A stretch of DNA of 32,000 bases from Desulfotalea psychrophila LSv54. GTDB lineage: Bacteria; Desulfobacterota; Desulfobulbia; Desulfobulbales; Desulfocapsaceae. Below are positions 8,321-17,372 of this stretch, one piece after another. Every line of letters begins with the position of its first letter. Within the stretch, counting starts at the first letter, position 1. The position numbers and the translations under genes were made by a program. The stretch is from NCBI RefSeq assembly GCF_000025945.1, contig NC_006138.1, forward strand, positions 3,390,001 to 3,422,000, read 5' to 3'. The notes beneath the pieces are model-generated. The model was not told the DNA's origin, ran no database searches, and saw nothing but the letters and a program-made list of their open reading frames with translations.

Positions 8321-9031
8321 GTGACTATCCAACAACTCAATACCCAGGCAAAGATAGCCATTTCGCTGTTTTTGCTCTTTATCATAACGGCGACATGCTC
8401 CTCCGTTATCCTCCTGAGCCTTGAGCTCAGCGGCGAAACATCCGGCTTGAAGATACCGACAATCAGTCAAATCAAAAGCAAGTACAGCAGTCCCGAACTG
8501 GTTGCCTCCATGCGAGGGGGAATGTATGAGCATGTAACAGCGGATGAAGATATTGATCTGGTGGATCAGTGGATCAGAGATGGTGCCAGCCGTGAGGATG
8601 CATCATATAAGGCGGTGGCAAAAATCATAAAGCTTGATTGCGTCAACTGCCACAGTAAAGGGTCCACCATGTCACAGGCAATCCCCTCCCTACCCCTTGA
8701 GACCTATGAACAGATCCTGGCCCACACAGAGTCCGGTTACTCCTGGTCGAAGATGTCTAAACAGGCGCATATCCATATGTTTGGCATAGCTATGTTCCTT
8801 ATCACCTTAACCCTCATCTTCTCCTACACCAGCTACAGCAATAGTATAAAGAACACCCTTATCCTCACCTCCTTCGGTGGGGCCTTTCTGGATATTTTTT
8901 CCTGGTGGTTCTCTAAATACTATACGGGTTTGGTCTATCTTATCTTCGGCATGGGTGGACTTATGATCGCCTCCATCCTCCTTATGTCGTTCCTTATTCT
9001 GATAAATATCTGGCAGAAGCAGAGAGACTAA
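8321..9031 (+). CDS. Membrane-anchored cytochrome c-like protein
   Basis: GTG start 10 nt after the upstream gene. N-terminal TM segment, CVNCH haem motif, several C-terminal TM helices. Confidence 0.7.
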   Translation: MTIQQLNTQAKIAISLFLLFIITATCSSVILLSLELSGETSGLKIPTISQIKSKYSSPELVASMRGGMYEHVTADEDIDLVDQWIRDGASREDASYKAVAKIIKLDCVNCHSKGSTMSQAIPSLPLETYEQILAHTESGYSWSKMSKQAHIHMFGIAMFLITLTLIFSYTSYSNSIKNTLILTSFGGAFLDIFSWWFSKYYTGLVYLIFGMGGLMIASILLMSFLILINIWQKQRD

Positions 9032-9050
9032 CTATTTTAAAAGCACATAA

Positions 9051-9085
9051 AAAAGGCAACCGGTACCACAGGTTGCCTTTTTTTT
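9051..9085. terminator. Bidirectional terminator between convergent genes
   Basis: AAAGGCAACCGGTACCACAGGTTGCCTTTTTTTT hairpin between convergent CDSs. Confidence 0.88.
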
Positions 9086-9120
9086 GTCCCCGCCAGGGGA
9101 GACCCTTCAGCTATAGCTAC

Positions 9121-10584
9121 CTACTCCTCAAGTTCGGACACGGGCAGACCCAAGGCCATGGCAACCCCCTCGCCATAGGCCCTATCGGCCTTTTGGCAGT
9201 TAGAGGCATGACGCATCTTGATTGCCCGAGGGGCATCGCCTAAGGCCCTTGCCGTGTTCTCAAAGAGCACCTTTTTTTGTTCAGCAGTCATAAGCCTGAA
9301 TAGATTGCCGGGTTGAGAGTAGTAGTCATCGCTATCCTCTCGATGATTCCAATGGTCAGCCGCCCCTTCAAGAGTGAGGGGTGGTTCTTTAAACTCAGGC
9401 TGTTCCCGCCACTCACCATAACTATTAGGTTCATAGCCACGGGTTCCCCCATAATTCCCATCGACTCGCATGGCCCCATCCCGATGAAATGAGTGAAATG
9501 GACATCTGGCCCTGTTTACCGGGATGAGATGGTGGTTAACCCCAAGACGATATCGCTGGGCATCACCATAGGAGAAGAGCCTACCCTGCAACATCTTATC
9601 GGGAGAAAAGCCGATGCCCGGGACAATATTGGCCGGATTAAAGGCCGCCTGCTCTACTTCGGCAAAATAGTTCTCGGGATTCTTGTTCAGCTCCATAATG
9701 CCTACGTCAATGAGTGGATAATCGTCATGCGGCCATACCTTGGTCAGATCAAAGGGATTAAAGGGAAAATTTGCGGCCTCCTTTTCAGGCACCACCTGAA
9801 TCTGCATCTTCCAACTGGGAAATTCATGATTATCAATGGCCTCCAAGAGATCACGCTGATGGCTCTCCCGATCCCTGCCAACCAGTTTTTCCGCCTCCTC
9901 ATCACTGAGGGTCTTAATGCCCTGCTGGGTTTTAAAGTGGAATTTGACCCAGAATCGTTCATTGTTCTCATTGAGAAGACTATAGGTATGGCTGCCATAT
10001 CCATTCATATGTCGATAGGAGAGGGGAATACCCCGATCACTCATTGTTATGGTGACCTGATGAAGTGCCTCCGGCAGCGATGACCAGTAGTCCCAATTAT
10101 TGGCGGCACTGCGCATATTGGTGCGGGGATCACGCTTGACGGCGTGGTTCAAGTCTGGAAACTTGAGAGGATCTTTCAGGAAGAAGACCGGCGTATTATT
10201 ACCGACCAGATCCCAGTTGCCCTCTTCGGTATAAAACTTCATGGCAAAGCCCCGAATATCCCGTTCGGCATCGGCTGCCCCCCTCTCTCCTGCCACCGTG
10301 GAAAAACGAACAAAGAGATCAGTCGTCTTCCCTATCTCTGCGAATATTTTTGCCTTGGTATAGGCCCTGATATCATCGGTAACGGTAAAGGTTCCGTAGG
10401 CACCAGATCCCTTGGCATGCATTCGCCTTTCAGGAATGACCTCCCGGTCAAAATGGGCAAGTTTCTCCATAAACCAGACATCCTGGAGCAGCAGAGGCCC
10501 ACGAGGTCCTGCTGTCATAACATTTTGATTGTCTACAACAGGCGCACCGTTGTTGCCTGTTAATTTATCTTTCTCATCCTTCAT
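9121..10584 (-). CDS. katA: Clade-3-type small-subunit haem catalase
   Basis: [44 protein letters not shown] ... [46 protein letters not shown] ... [23 protein letters not shown]. Confidence 0.97.
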   Translation of the reverse strand: MKDEKDKLTGNNGAPVVDNQNVMTAGPRGPLLLQDVWFMEKLAHFDREVIPERRMHAKGSGAYGTFTVTDDIRAYTKAKIFAEIGKTTDLFVRFSTVAGERGAADAERDIRGFAMKFYTEEGNWDLVGNNTPVFFLKDPLKFPDLNHAVKRDPRTNMRSAANNWDYWSSLPEALHQVTITMSDRGIPLSYRHMNGYGSHTYSLLNENNERFWVKFHFKTQQGIKTLSDEEAEKLVGRDRESHQRDLLEAIDNHEFPSWKMQIQVVPEKEAANFPFNPFDLTKVWPHDDYPLIDVGIMELNKNPENYFAEVEQAAFNPANIVPGIGFSPDKMLQGRLFSYGDAQRYRLGVNHHLIPVNRARCPFHSFHRDGAMRVDGNYGGTRGYEPNSYGEWREQPEFKEPPLTLEGAADHWNHREDSDDYYSQPGNLFRLMTAEQKKVLFENTARALGDAPRAIKMRHASNCQKADRAYGEGVAMALGLPVSELEE

Positions 10585-10937
10585 AACAGCTCTCCTTGGC
10601 TTAGGGGTACGGTTTTACAAGAGGGGACTCCTTTAGTTCAATGTTCATGCCAGATTCGATCACCCGACATCGACCCACCTTAAGAGTATCAAAAGCCCTA
10701 CCACAATAAAAGCGTTGGGGGGCAAAGAACTCATCCCCAAAAACAAGGCCTTACTCACAGACATGTTGCACTTGCCATTTGAATTCACCGCCACCAGGCA
10801 ATAAACTGAACCAAGCGCATCAGCCCCTTTTCCCATGAGCGAGCAGAACAGGCTCAGTCAGGGGAAATGGGCCGCGCAGGAGGGTACCGTTAAAGGAAGA
10901 ACGATTTACAGAGTCTTAAACCTCAAGGAGCTCAGAT

Positions 10938-11690
10938 ATGGCAAGAGAAGGTAATAAAAATCAGGCAGTCTATTTCTTCGGGACCTGCCTTGGCGATATG
11001 ATGTACGCAGACTCGGCAATGGCAGCCATACACCTCATTGAAAGGGAAGGGTATCAGGTGGTTTTCCCCATGGAGCAAGCCTGTTGCGGACAGCCTGCCT
11101 ACAACTCAGGTTTTATAGAAGAGGCGCGGGAGGTAGCCTGGAAACAGGTGGAGGTTTTTTCAAAGCATGACTATCCAATCGTTGTGCCCTCGGGATCATG
11201 TGCCGGAATGATGAAAATTCATTACCCTCAGTTATTTCAAGACTCAGACAAATTATTCGAAGTTAAGAGATTCAGTGAACGAATCGTAGAGCTTACAACA
11301 TTTTTACACCAAGCAGCCGGGGCGCAATATATTGACAGAGGAGAACAGATAAAAATAACCTGGCACTCCTCATGCCATGCAATGCGGGAGGCGCAGTGCA
11401 TTGAAGATTCCAAGGCCCTGCTTGCCCAGCTGGCCAATGTGGAGCTGGTAGAGCTTAAGCGAGAGCATGAATGCTGTGGTTTTGGCGGCACCTTCTCTAT
11501 TAAGCAGCCATTAATTTCCGGAGCAATGGTTGCTGATAAGGTAGCAGATGTAGTTGCAACGGGAGCCTCTGCTGTTATCAGTGGTGATGCCGGCTGCCTG
11601 CTGAACATTACCGGCAAAATGGAAAAAGAAAATATAAAGATACCCGGTATTCATATAGCTGAATTTATTTGGGGGCGAATCAATGGCTAG
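10938..11690 (+). CDS. lutA: LutA-like (Fe-S)-binding protein, CCG domains
   Basis: YFFGTCLGDMMYADSA...EQACCGQPAYNSG and SCHAMREAQC...ECCGFGGTFSIKQP. Gene order lutA-lutB-lutC. Confidence 0.9.
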   Translation: MAREGNKNQAVYFFGTCLGDMMYADSAMAAIHLIEREGYQVVFPMEQACCGQPAYNSGFIEEAREVAWKQVEVFSKHDYPIVVPSGSCAGMMKIHYPQLFQDSDKLFEVKRFSERIVELTTFLHQAAGAQYIDRGEQIKITWHSSCHAMREAQCIEDSKALLAQLANVELVELKREHECCGFGGTFSIKQPLISGAMVADKVADVVATGASAVISGDAGCLLNITGKMEKENIKIPGIHIAEFIWGRING

Positions 11691-13113
11691 CACATCAGAA
11701 TTTGACTTTAACAAAAATATAGCAGAGGCATTGGCAGACACTGAACTACGGGCCAACTTCCGGGCTGCAACGGATACCTTACTTGCCAAACGCAAGACAA
11801 TATTTTCCTCTCCGGAAGAGACTGAACACCTGCGTGATGTGGGCAGTTTAATGAAAAAAAATGTTATCGGCAAGCTCCCACAGCTGCTTGAGAAATTCGA
11901 GAAACAGTGCATTAAAAACGGCATAATAGTGCACTGGGCAGAGACAGCCCTTGAGTCCAACGAACTTATCCTTGGCATCCTCGATGAACATTCGGTAACC
12001 AAGGTCATTAAGGGTAAGTCAATGACCACAGAAGAGACTCATCTCAATGCCTATCTTGAAAAGCATGGCAAAGAGATAATAGAAACTGACTTTGGCGAAT
12101 TCATCCTCCAGCTTAACAATGAGCCACCATCACATATTATTGTTCCTGCGGTACACAAGAACAGAAAACAGATCGCCAGAGTATTGGCCGATAATCTACC
12201 CGACATGGAGTACACCGAGGATGTCGGCGTCATGCTCACCAAGGTACGCAGCACCCTGCGCAGCCATTACCAGACTGCTGATGCCGGAATATCCGGAGTC
12301 AACTTTGGCATAGCCGAAACAGGCACCCTATGCCTGGTGGAGAATGAGGGCAACGGACGCATGTGTACAACGGTGCCCGACTTACATATTGCCCTGATGG
12401 GAGTAGAAAAAATCGTTGAAAATCTGGCGGACATCCCTGCCCTGTACCGCCTGCTCTGCGGTTCCGCCACCGGCCAGCGCATCACCACATATTTCAACAT
12501 GATATCCGGCCCACGTAAGAAAGACGAACGGGACGGCCCCCGAGAGGTACATCTTGTTCTCTTAGACAACGGTCGTTCCCGGATAATGAATGATCCGCAG
12601 TTAAGCGAGTCACTGAAATGTATTCGCTGTGGCACCTGCCTGAACCACTGCCCCGTCTTTACCCGTATTGGCGGGCATGCCTATGGCTCAGCATACCCCG
12701 GCCCCATTGGCACAATACTTACGCCACAACTGGAAGGGCTCAATCCCAAAGGTGCTCTGGCTACAGCCTCATCACTCTGCAATGCATGCGCTGAAGTATG
12801 CCCGGTGAAGATTCCCATCCCGGAAATTATTCGCAGAATACGCGACGAAAGTTACGGCAATGGTGATCTCTTAAAAATTGGAGGAAATGGCTACAAGAAA
12901 AATCTAATTGAGACAGTGACCTGGAAGGCCTGGAAAATTGCCCAGGTTAACCCTGTTATAAATAAGACAATGCTTTGGTTCTTAACTACCTTTGGCAACA
13001 AGTTGCCAAAGGTAGGGCCACTCAAGGCATGGACCAGTGTCCGCACTGCACCGAAATTCGGCAAACAGAGCCTTAAGGATCGGGTAAAAAAGGAAGGTAT
13101 TCGTCATGAGTAG
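11683..13113 (+). CDS. lutB: LutB-like lactate utilisation iron-sulfur protein
   Basis: LUD domain plus CIRCGTCLNHCPVF and CNACAEVCPVKIP clusters. Overlaps the upstream ORF by 8 nt. Confidence 0.93.
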   Translation: MASTSEFDFNKNIAEALADTELRANFRAATDTLLAKRKTIFSSPEETEHLRDVGSLMKKNVIGKLPQLLEKFEKQCIKNGIIVHWAETALESNELILGILDEHSVTKVIKGKSMTTEETHLNAYLEKHGKEIIETDFGEFILQLNNEPPSHIIVPAVHKNRKQIARVLADNLPDMEYTEDVGVMLTKVRSTLRSHYQTADAGISGVNFGIAETGTLCLVENEGNGRMCTTVPDLHIALMGVEKIVENLADIPALYRLLCGSATGQRITTYFNMISGPRKKDERDGPREVHLVLLDNGRSRIMNDPQLSESLKCIRCGTCLNHCPVFTRIGGHAYGSAYPGPIGTILTPQLEGLNPKGALATASSLCNACAEVCPVKIPIPEIIRRIRDESYGNGDLLKIGGNGYKKNLIETVTWKAWKIAQVNPVINKTMLWFLTTFGNKLPKVGPLKAWTSVRTAPKFGKQSLKDRVKKEGIRHE

Positions 13114-13768
13114 CACTAATAGTCGTGAACAGATCATGGGCCGTCTCTACAATGCGCAGAAGTATGGCACTGACGCCTATCTCCCCGAAAAAAAAGAGTG
13201 GTCAATTGAAAACTGGTCTAGAGATCAGTGTATTGCCAAATTTACCGAATACATGAGCGCGGTGCAGACAGAGGTTTTTAGAGTGGGAGGAGATGCATGG
13301 GTAGATGAACTTAATCTGCTCTTCAAGGAGCGCGGAATTTCAAACATGCTCTACGCGCCCGCAACAGATATTGGCAAGACCATTGATAAGCAGTGGCCCG
13401 CAGACAGTCCCTGCCAGCCTATTGCCTGGGACAAAGATGTGGAAGAATTTAAAGAGGAGCTCTTTGCCTATGACGCAGCCATTACAACTTGCCTTGGCGG
13501 CATTGCCGAATCAGCAGCTGTAATCCTCTGGCCAACACCTGAGGAACCGCGTCTCATGTCAATAGTACCACCACTGCATATAGTTGTAGTGGAGGCAGAT
13601 AAAATATTCACCTCATTTCAGGAGGCAATAGAAAAGCTTAACTGGAGCGAAGCAATGCCTACCAATGCCCTGCTTATTTCAGGTCCCTCGAAGACTGCTG
13701 ACATTGAGCTGATTCTGCAATTTGGGGTACATGGACCAACAGATTTTATTGTATATATCATTGACTGA
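13106..13768 (+). CDS. lutC: LutC-like LUD-domain protein
   Basis: Third ORF of the cluster, 8-nt overlap. VTTCLGGIAESAAVILWPTPEEPRLMSIVPPLHIVVVEADKIF...MPTNALLISGPSKTADIE. Confidence 0.85.
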   Translation: MSSTNSREQIMGRLYNAQKYGTDAYLPEKKEWSIENWSRDQCIAKFTEYMSAVQTEVFRVGGDAWVDELNLLFKERGISNMLYAPATDIGKTIDKQWPADSPCQPIAWDKDVEEFKEELFAYDAAITTCLGGIAESAAVILWPTPEEPRLMSIVPPLHIVVVEADKIFTSFQEAIEKLNWSEAMPTNALLISGPSKTADIELILQFGVHGPTDFIVYIID

Positions 13769-13836
13769 TATCTGGCTATTGGATTCAGTAAAGCAGGGAC
13801 TCGGACGCCCTTAGCAGAAGGGGTGGCAGGATGGGC

Positions 13837-13877
13837 AAAAAAAAAGGAGTTACAGCAAATTGCTGTAACTCCTTTTT
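13837..13877 (-). terminator. Intrinsic terminator downstream of second tRNA-Arg
   Basis: Minus-strand AAAAAGGAGTTACAGCAATTTGCTGTAACTCC followed by a T-run. Confidence 0.87.
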
Positions 13878-13882
13878 ACAAG

Positions 13883-13959
13883 TGGTGCACCAGGCAGGAT
13901 TCGAACCTGCGACTCCTTGATTCGTAGTCAAGTACTCTATCCAGCTGAGCTACTGGTGC
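13883..13959 (-). tRNA. tRNA-Arg (anticodon ACG), second copy identical to 6266-6342
   Basis: The 77 nt match the first copy exactly by direct comparison. CCA encoded. Confidence 0.97.
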
Positions 13960-14011
13960 GCTCAAGACGTTGCCTTTTTACCCCGTTGGGGAGACAAAGG
14001 CAAGGACTTTT

Positions 14012-16663
14012 TTACACTTCTTTCTCTTTTTCTGCCCGATGGAAGACTATCTCGTTCTCCGCAGGCTTAAAACGAGACTCAACGACGATCATAATCTCAA
14101 CCTCATTATTATTTTCCATCTCAGTAATCTCCTGGCGCTTATTGTTCAGCAGATAAGAGGCCACATCCAAAGGAAAATGACATTCGATTTTAACCACGGG
14201 TTTACGGCTGGCACCCGTTTGAATGCGGCGCAGATAAAAGAGGGCAAGGGTTTCAACGGCTCGAACTATTCCACGTCCCTTACAGTGCTGACAGACACGA
14301 TAGGCACCTGCCTCAATGGGTGAGCCAAGCTTTTGCCGAGATATCTGCATCAAACCGAACTTAGAGATTCTGGTAAAGTCCACCTTGGCCTTATCCCGCT
14401 TCATGGCAATCTTCACCTGTTTTTCCACAGCATTGATATGCTTCTTATTGCGCATATCAATAAAATCGACAACAACAAGTCCACCAAGATCACGCAGTCG
14501 CAGCTGACGGGCAAACTCGGACGCGGCCTCCATGTTGGCCTGAAAAATAGACTCGTCAAAGTTCTTACCCTTTGAGGTAGAGCCGGAGTTCACATCAATT
14601 GCCACCAAGGCCTCGGTGGGATCGATAACAATGGAACCGCCCGAAGGAAGACTCACCTGAGGTTGATAGATAGACTCTATCTGATCTTCAACGCTGAACT
14701 GGTTAAAAATAGGGCGACTACCCTTATGGAGACGCACCTTCACATTTTGCTGATTGGCAGGGAGCATGCTGACAAACTCATTCACCTGCTCAAGGGCAAG
14801 CGGGGCATCCACCAGGATCTCCTGAATAGAGGGATCATAGTGCTCGCGCAGAAAACGCATAACACTTCGATGATCCTCATAGATCAAACCAACATCTTTA
14901 ATTTCCTGCCCCTTCTCCCGAACATCTTCCCATAATTTAAGCAGGTAGGTTACATCACGGGCTAGGGCCTCTTCATTAATATCAACACTTGCCGTTCGAA
15001 CAATCCAACCTGTACCTTCCGGAATGCCCAAAGAGCGCATGGTGTCACGTAGCTGGGAGCGACGCTCTTCACCCACTATCTTGCGGGAAATACCAGCAGA
15101 ATCAGAGCCAGGCATTAAAACAACACATCTACCTGGTAGCGAGAGATAGGTGGTCATATTGGCACCCTTCTTACCCACCTCCTCCTTAACTACCTGCACC
15201 AGCAGTTCCTGACCGCGTGCCATCACGTCTTCGATCTTCAGACGTCTCCAACGACGCTCTTCAACATTCTTGCGCGCACTCTCACTCAAATCAGCCCTAT
15301 AATATTCAGGATGAATCTCGCTAAAGGGGAGAAAACCATTTTTTACCGTACCATAATCAACAAAGGCTGCCTGCAGGTTAGCTTCAACGGCAACGACCTT
15401 AGCCTTATAGATATTGTTTTTGGTTTGAGCCCGGGTAACCGTTGAGACATGAATAGACTCAAGACGACCATCCTCCAACAGGGCCAGACGACACTCCTCC
15501 GGTTCCTCTGCATTGATAAGAAGACGGACATTTTTAGACTTTTCGAGACCGGTAAAAACTATATCATCATCCCGTTTTGCCTTGCGAGAACCAGAGCCAA
15601 AATCATCGTCTGCTACCTGAGGCGCTACCTGAGGAGCTACCTGAGCAGCCACCTCAGCAGTTGCCACGGGGGCGTCCTTAGCCACAGCCTCTTGCTCATC
15701 TGTTGCGGGACGTCTCTTCCTTGGACGGCGTGAGCGCCTACGATTAGGGCCTTTGCTCGCCTTTTCATCCTTCTCCTCACCACTGCTCGCTTCAGCCGCC
15801 ACAGCTTTTTCAGACACTGGGGCTGGATCCATCGGCGCTTTCTCTGCCACGGAATCAGTTTCCGGTCTGGCGCTTGTTTTTTTATTGGAACGGGAACGAC
15901 GACGGGCAGGTCTTTTCTTAGGGGCTACTTCGCTCTCAGGGGCAGGGCTTTCAGCTGAACTTACAGGGGCTTTCTCGACATCTTGTACAGGCTTCTCGCC
16001 ACTTTTGGCTTCTACAGCCTTTTTTGCTGGCTCCGAAGCAACCTTAGCCTCTTCCGAGCTGGCCTTGGCGACCGGCCTGGCAGGACGAGTTGCTCTCTTC
16101 TTTCTTGCCGGAGGCTTAGGTGCAGATTCCTTTGCTACAGGTGCTTTTTGCTCCACTGCGCCACCTACCACCTTTTCAGCAACCTCAACAGCCTTCGCAG
16201 GCTTGGTGGTCTTAGCGGGCTTGGCGGGTTCAGCGACCTTAGTAGCCCCAGCGGACTTAGCAGGCTTAGCGGGCTTAGCGGGCTTAGCAGGCTTAGCAGA
16301 TTCAGCGACCTTAGCAGGCTTAGCGGCCTTAGCAGGCTTAGCCGTTTCAGCGGCCTTAGCAGGCTTAGCGGGTTTAGCGGGTTTAGCGGTTTGAGCGGCT
16401 TCAGCGGCCTTAGCAGGCTTAGCGGCCTTAACAGGCTTAGCGGCTTGAGCGGGTTTGGCAGGTTTAGTGGGTTGAACAGCCTCAGGAGAAGGAGTCTTAA
16501 CCTGACTGCTCACCTTTTTGGCAGCAACAGGGGCCTTTGCCTCTGTTTCCACCTTACTCTTCCACCATGCACCGGTGCTCGCCTTAATCTTCAGCTTAGA
16601 TTTTGCCTCATTTCCTTCACTTTTCTTAGACTGCGCCTCACTTCCATCATTTTTAACTGTCAT
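14012..16663 (-). CDS. rng/rne: Ribonuclease E/G family protein with long basic Ala/Lys/Pro-rich N-terminal extension
   Basis: KNVRLLINAEEPEECRLALLEDGRLESIHV...NIYKAKVVAVEANLQAAFVDYG (S1), DPTEALVAIDVNSG, GGLVVVDFIDM, KFGLMQISRQK, CQHCKGRG. Confidence 0.93.
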   Translation of the reverse strand: MTVKNDGSEAQSKKSEGNEAKSKLKIKASTGAWWKSKVETEAKAPVAAKKVSSQVKTPSPEAVQPTKPAKPAQAAKPVKAAKPAKAAEAAQTAKPAKPAKPAKAAETAKPAKAAKPAKVAESAKPAKPAKPAKPAKSAGATKVAEPAKPAKTTKPAKAVEVAEKVVGGAVEQKAPVAKESAPKPPARKKRATRPARPVAKASSEEAKVASEPAKKAVEAKSGEKPVQDVEKAPVSSAESPAPESEVAPKKRPARRRSRSNKKTSARPETDSVAEKAPMDPAPVSEKAVAAEASSGEEKDEKASKGPNRRRSRRPRKRRPATDEQEAVAKDAPVATAEVAAQVAPQVAPQVADDDFGSGSRKAKRDDDIVFTGLEKSKNVRLLINAEEPEECRLALLEDGRLESIHVSTVTRAQTKNNIYKAKVVAVEANLQAAFVDYGTVKNGFLPFSEIHPEYYRADLSESARKNVEERRWRRLKIEDVMARGQELLVQVVKEEVGKKGANMTTYLSLPGRCVVLMPGSDSAGISRKIVGEERRSQLRDTMRSLGIPEGTGWIVRTASVDINEEALARDVTYLLKLWEDVREKGQEIKDVGLIYEDHRSVMRFLREHYDPSIQEILVDAPLALEQVNEFVSMLPANQQNVKVRLHKGSRPIFNQFSVEDQIESIYQPQVSLPSGGSIVIDPTEALVAIDVNSGSTSKGKNFDESIFQANMEAASEFARQLRLRDLGGLVVVDFIDMRNKKHINAVEKQVKIAMKRDKAKVDFTRISKFGLMQISRQKLGSPIEAGAYRVCQHCKGRGIVRAVETLALFYLRRIQTGASRKPVVKIECHFPLDVASYLLNNKRQEITEMENNNEVEIMIVVESRFKPAENEIVFHRAEKEKEV
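16195..16480 (-). repeat. Degenerate low-complexity repeat coding AKPAKxAKPAKAAE-type sequence inside the RNase E/G gene
   Basis: Recurrent GCCTTAGCAGGCTTAGC(G/A)G-type units on the plus strand, encoding PAKAAETAKPAKAAKPAKVAESAKPAKPAKPAK on the minus strand. Confidence 0.85.
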
Positions 16664-17372
16664 ACTTTTCCTTTCCCTGACATCTTATCAGCATTCAGGG
16701 AGATGTGCTTTTGCCAGATCTTCTATAGAGAAAGACAAAAACATACTATGTTGAGGCATTAGCAAAGAATGCCTTACCCGCATACAGACCAATAAACGTT
16801 TTCCCACTTGATTACTCGACTCCCCCATAACGGGAGCCTCACCTGGAAAACAAGGTATTTCTATATGCTTCCAATTCTGTGTGAAAGTACCATAAATACT
16901 TACGTCACGAACGCTCGCGACTCTTCCTTTTCACCCTCGACAACACTATGTACGATTTATCCCGCACACAAGTCAAAACTAACCTCTCTTCACCATCTTT
17001 TCTTCCATTACAGAGAAACAAATAACGGCAAAAAAAAACCGTAATCAAGACAAAACAAAATAATGAGGGGATCATTTGACAGGCAAAAGCAACTACTTTT
17101 CACATTAAACGATAAAAATTATACTTTTTTACTAATATAAAATCATGATTTTTTCAAGGGAAAACTCACACTTTCACCTTGACACCTCTACCTTAAACGC
17201 TGTATTTTTCCTTGCTATTCTCACTATAATCTTAAAGGACTCATCCCGTAAAGCATGGGACTTGCCCGGGTACAACCCTAGCACAGGCAACGCCTAAGTC
17301 AGCGTTTCCAGTTGTTTCTACCTAGAGAGACTTGTCTCATAGGTGCCAATTCTTTATAACAAGGAGTTTGAT

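Noticed and set aside
9288-10563. Plus-strand ORFs opposite catalase (9288, 9493, 9744, 10144)
   Set aside because: They are shadows of the high-confidence catalase coding frame.
15753-16762. Plus-strand ORFs 15753..16394 and 15983..16762
   Set aside because: They are antisense to the confidently assigned RNase E/G gene and their Leu/Ser/Gly or Ala repeats mirror its low-complexity DNA.
17343-17372. GTG at 17343 as the lptD start
   Set aside because: AAGGAG at 17361 followed by GTG at 17373 gives a proper RBS spacing and a clean signal peptide.
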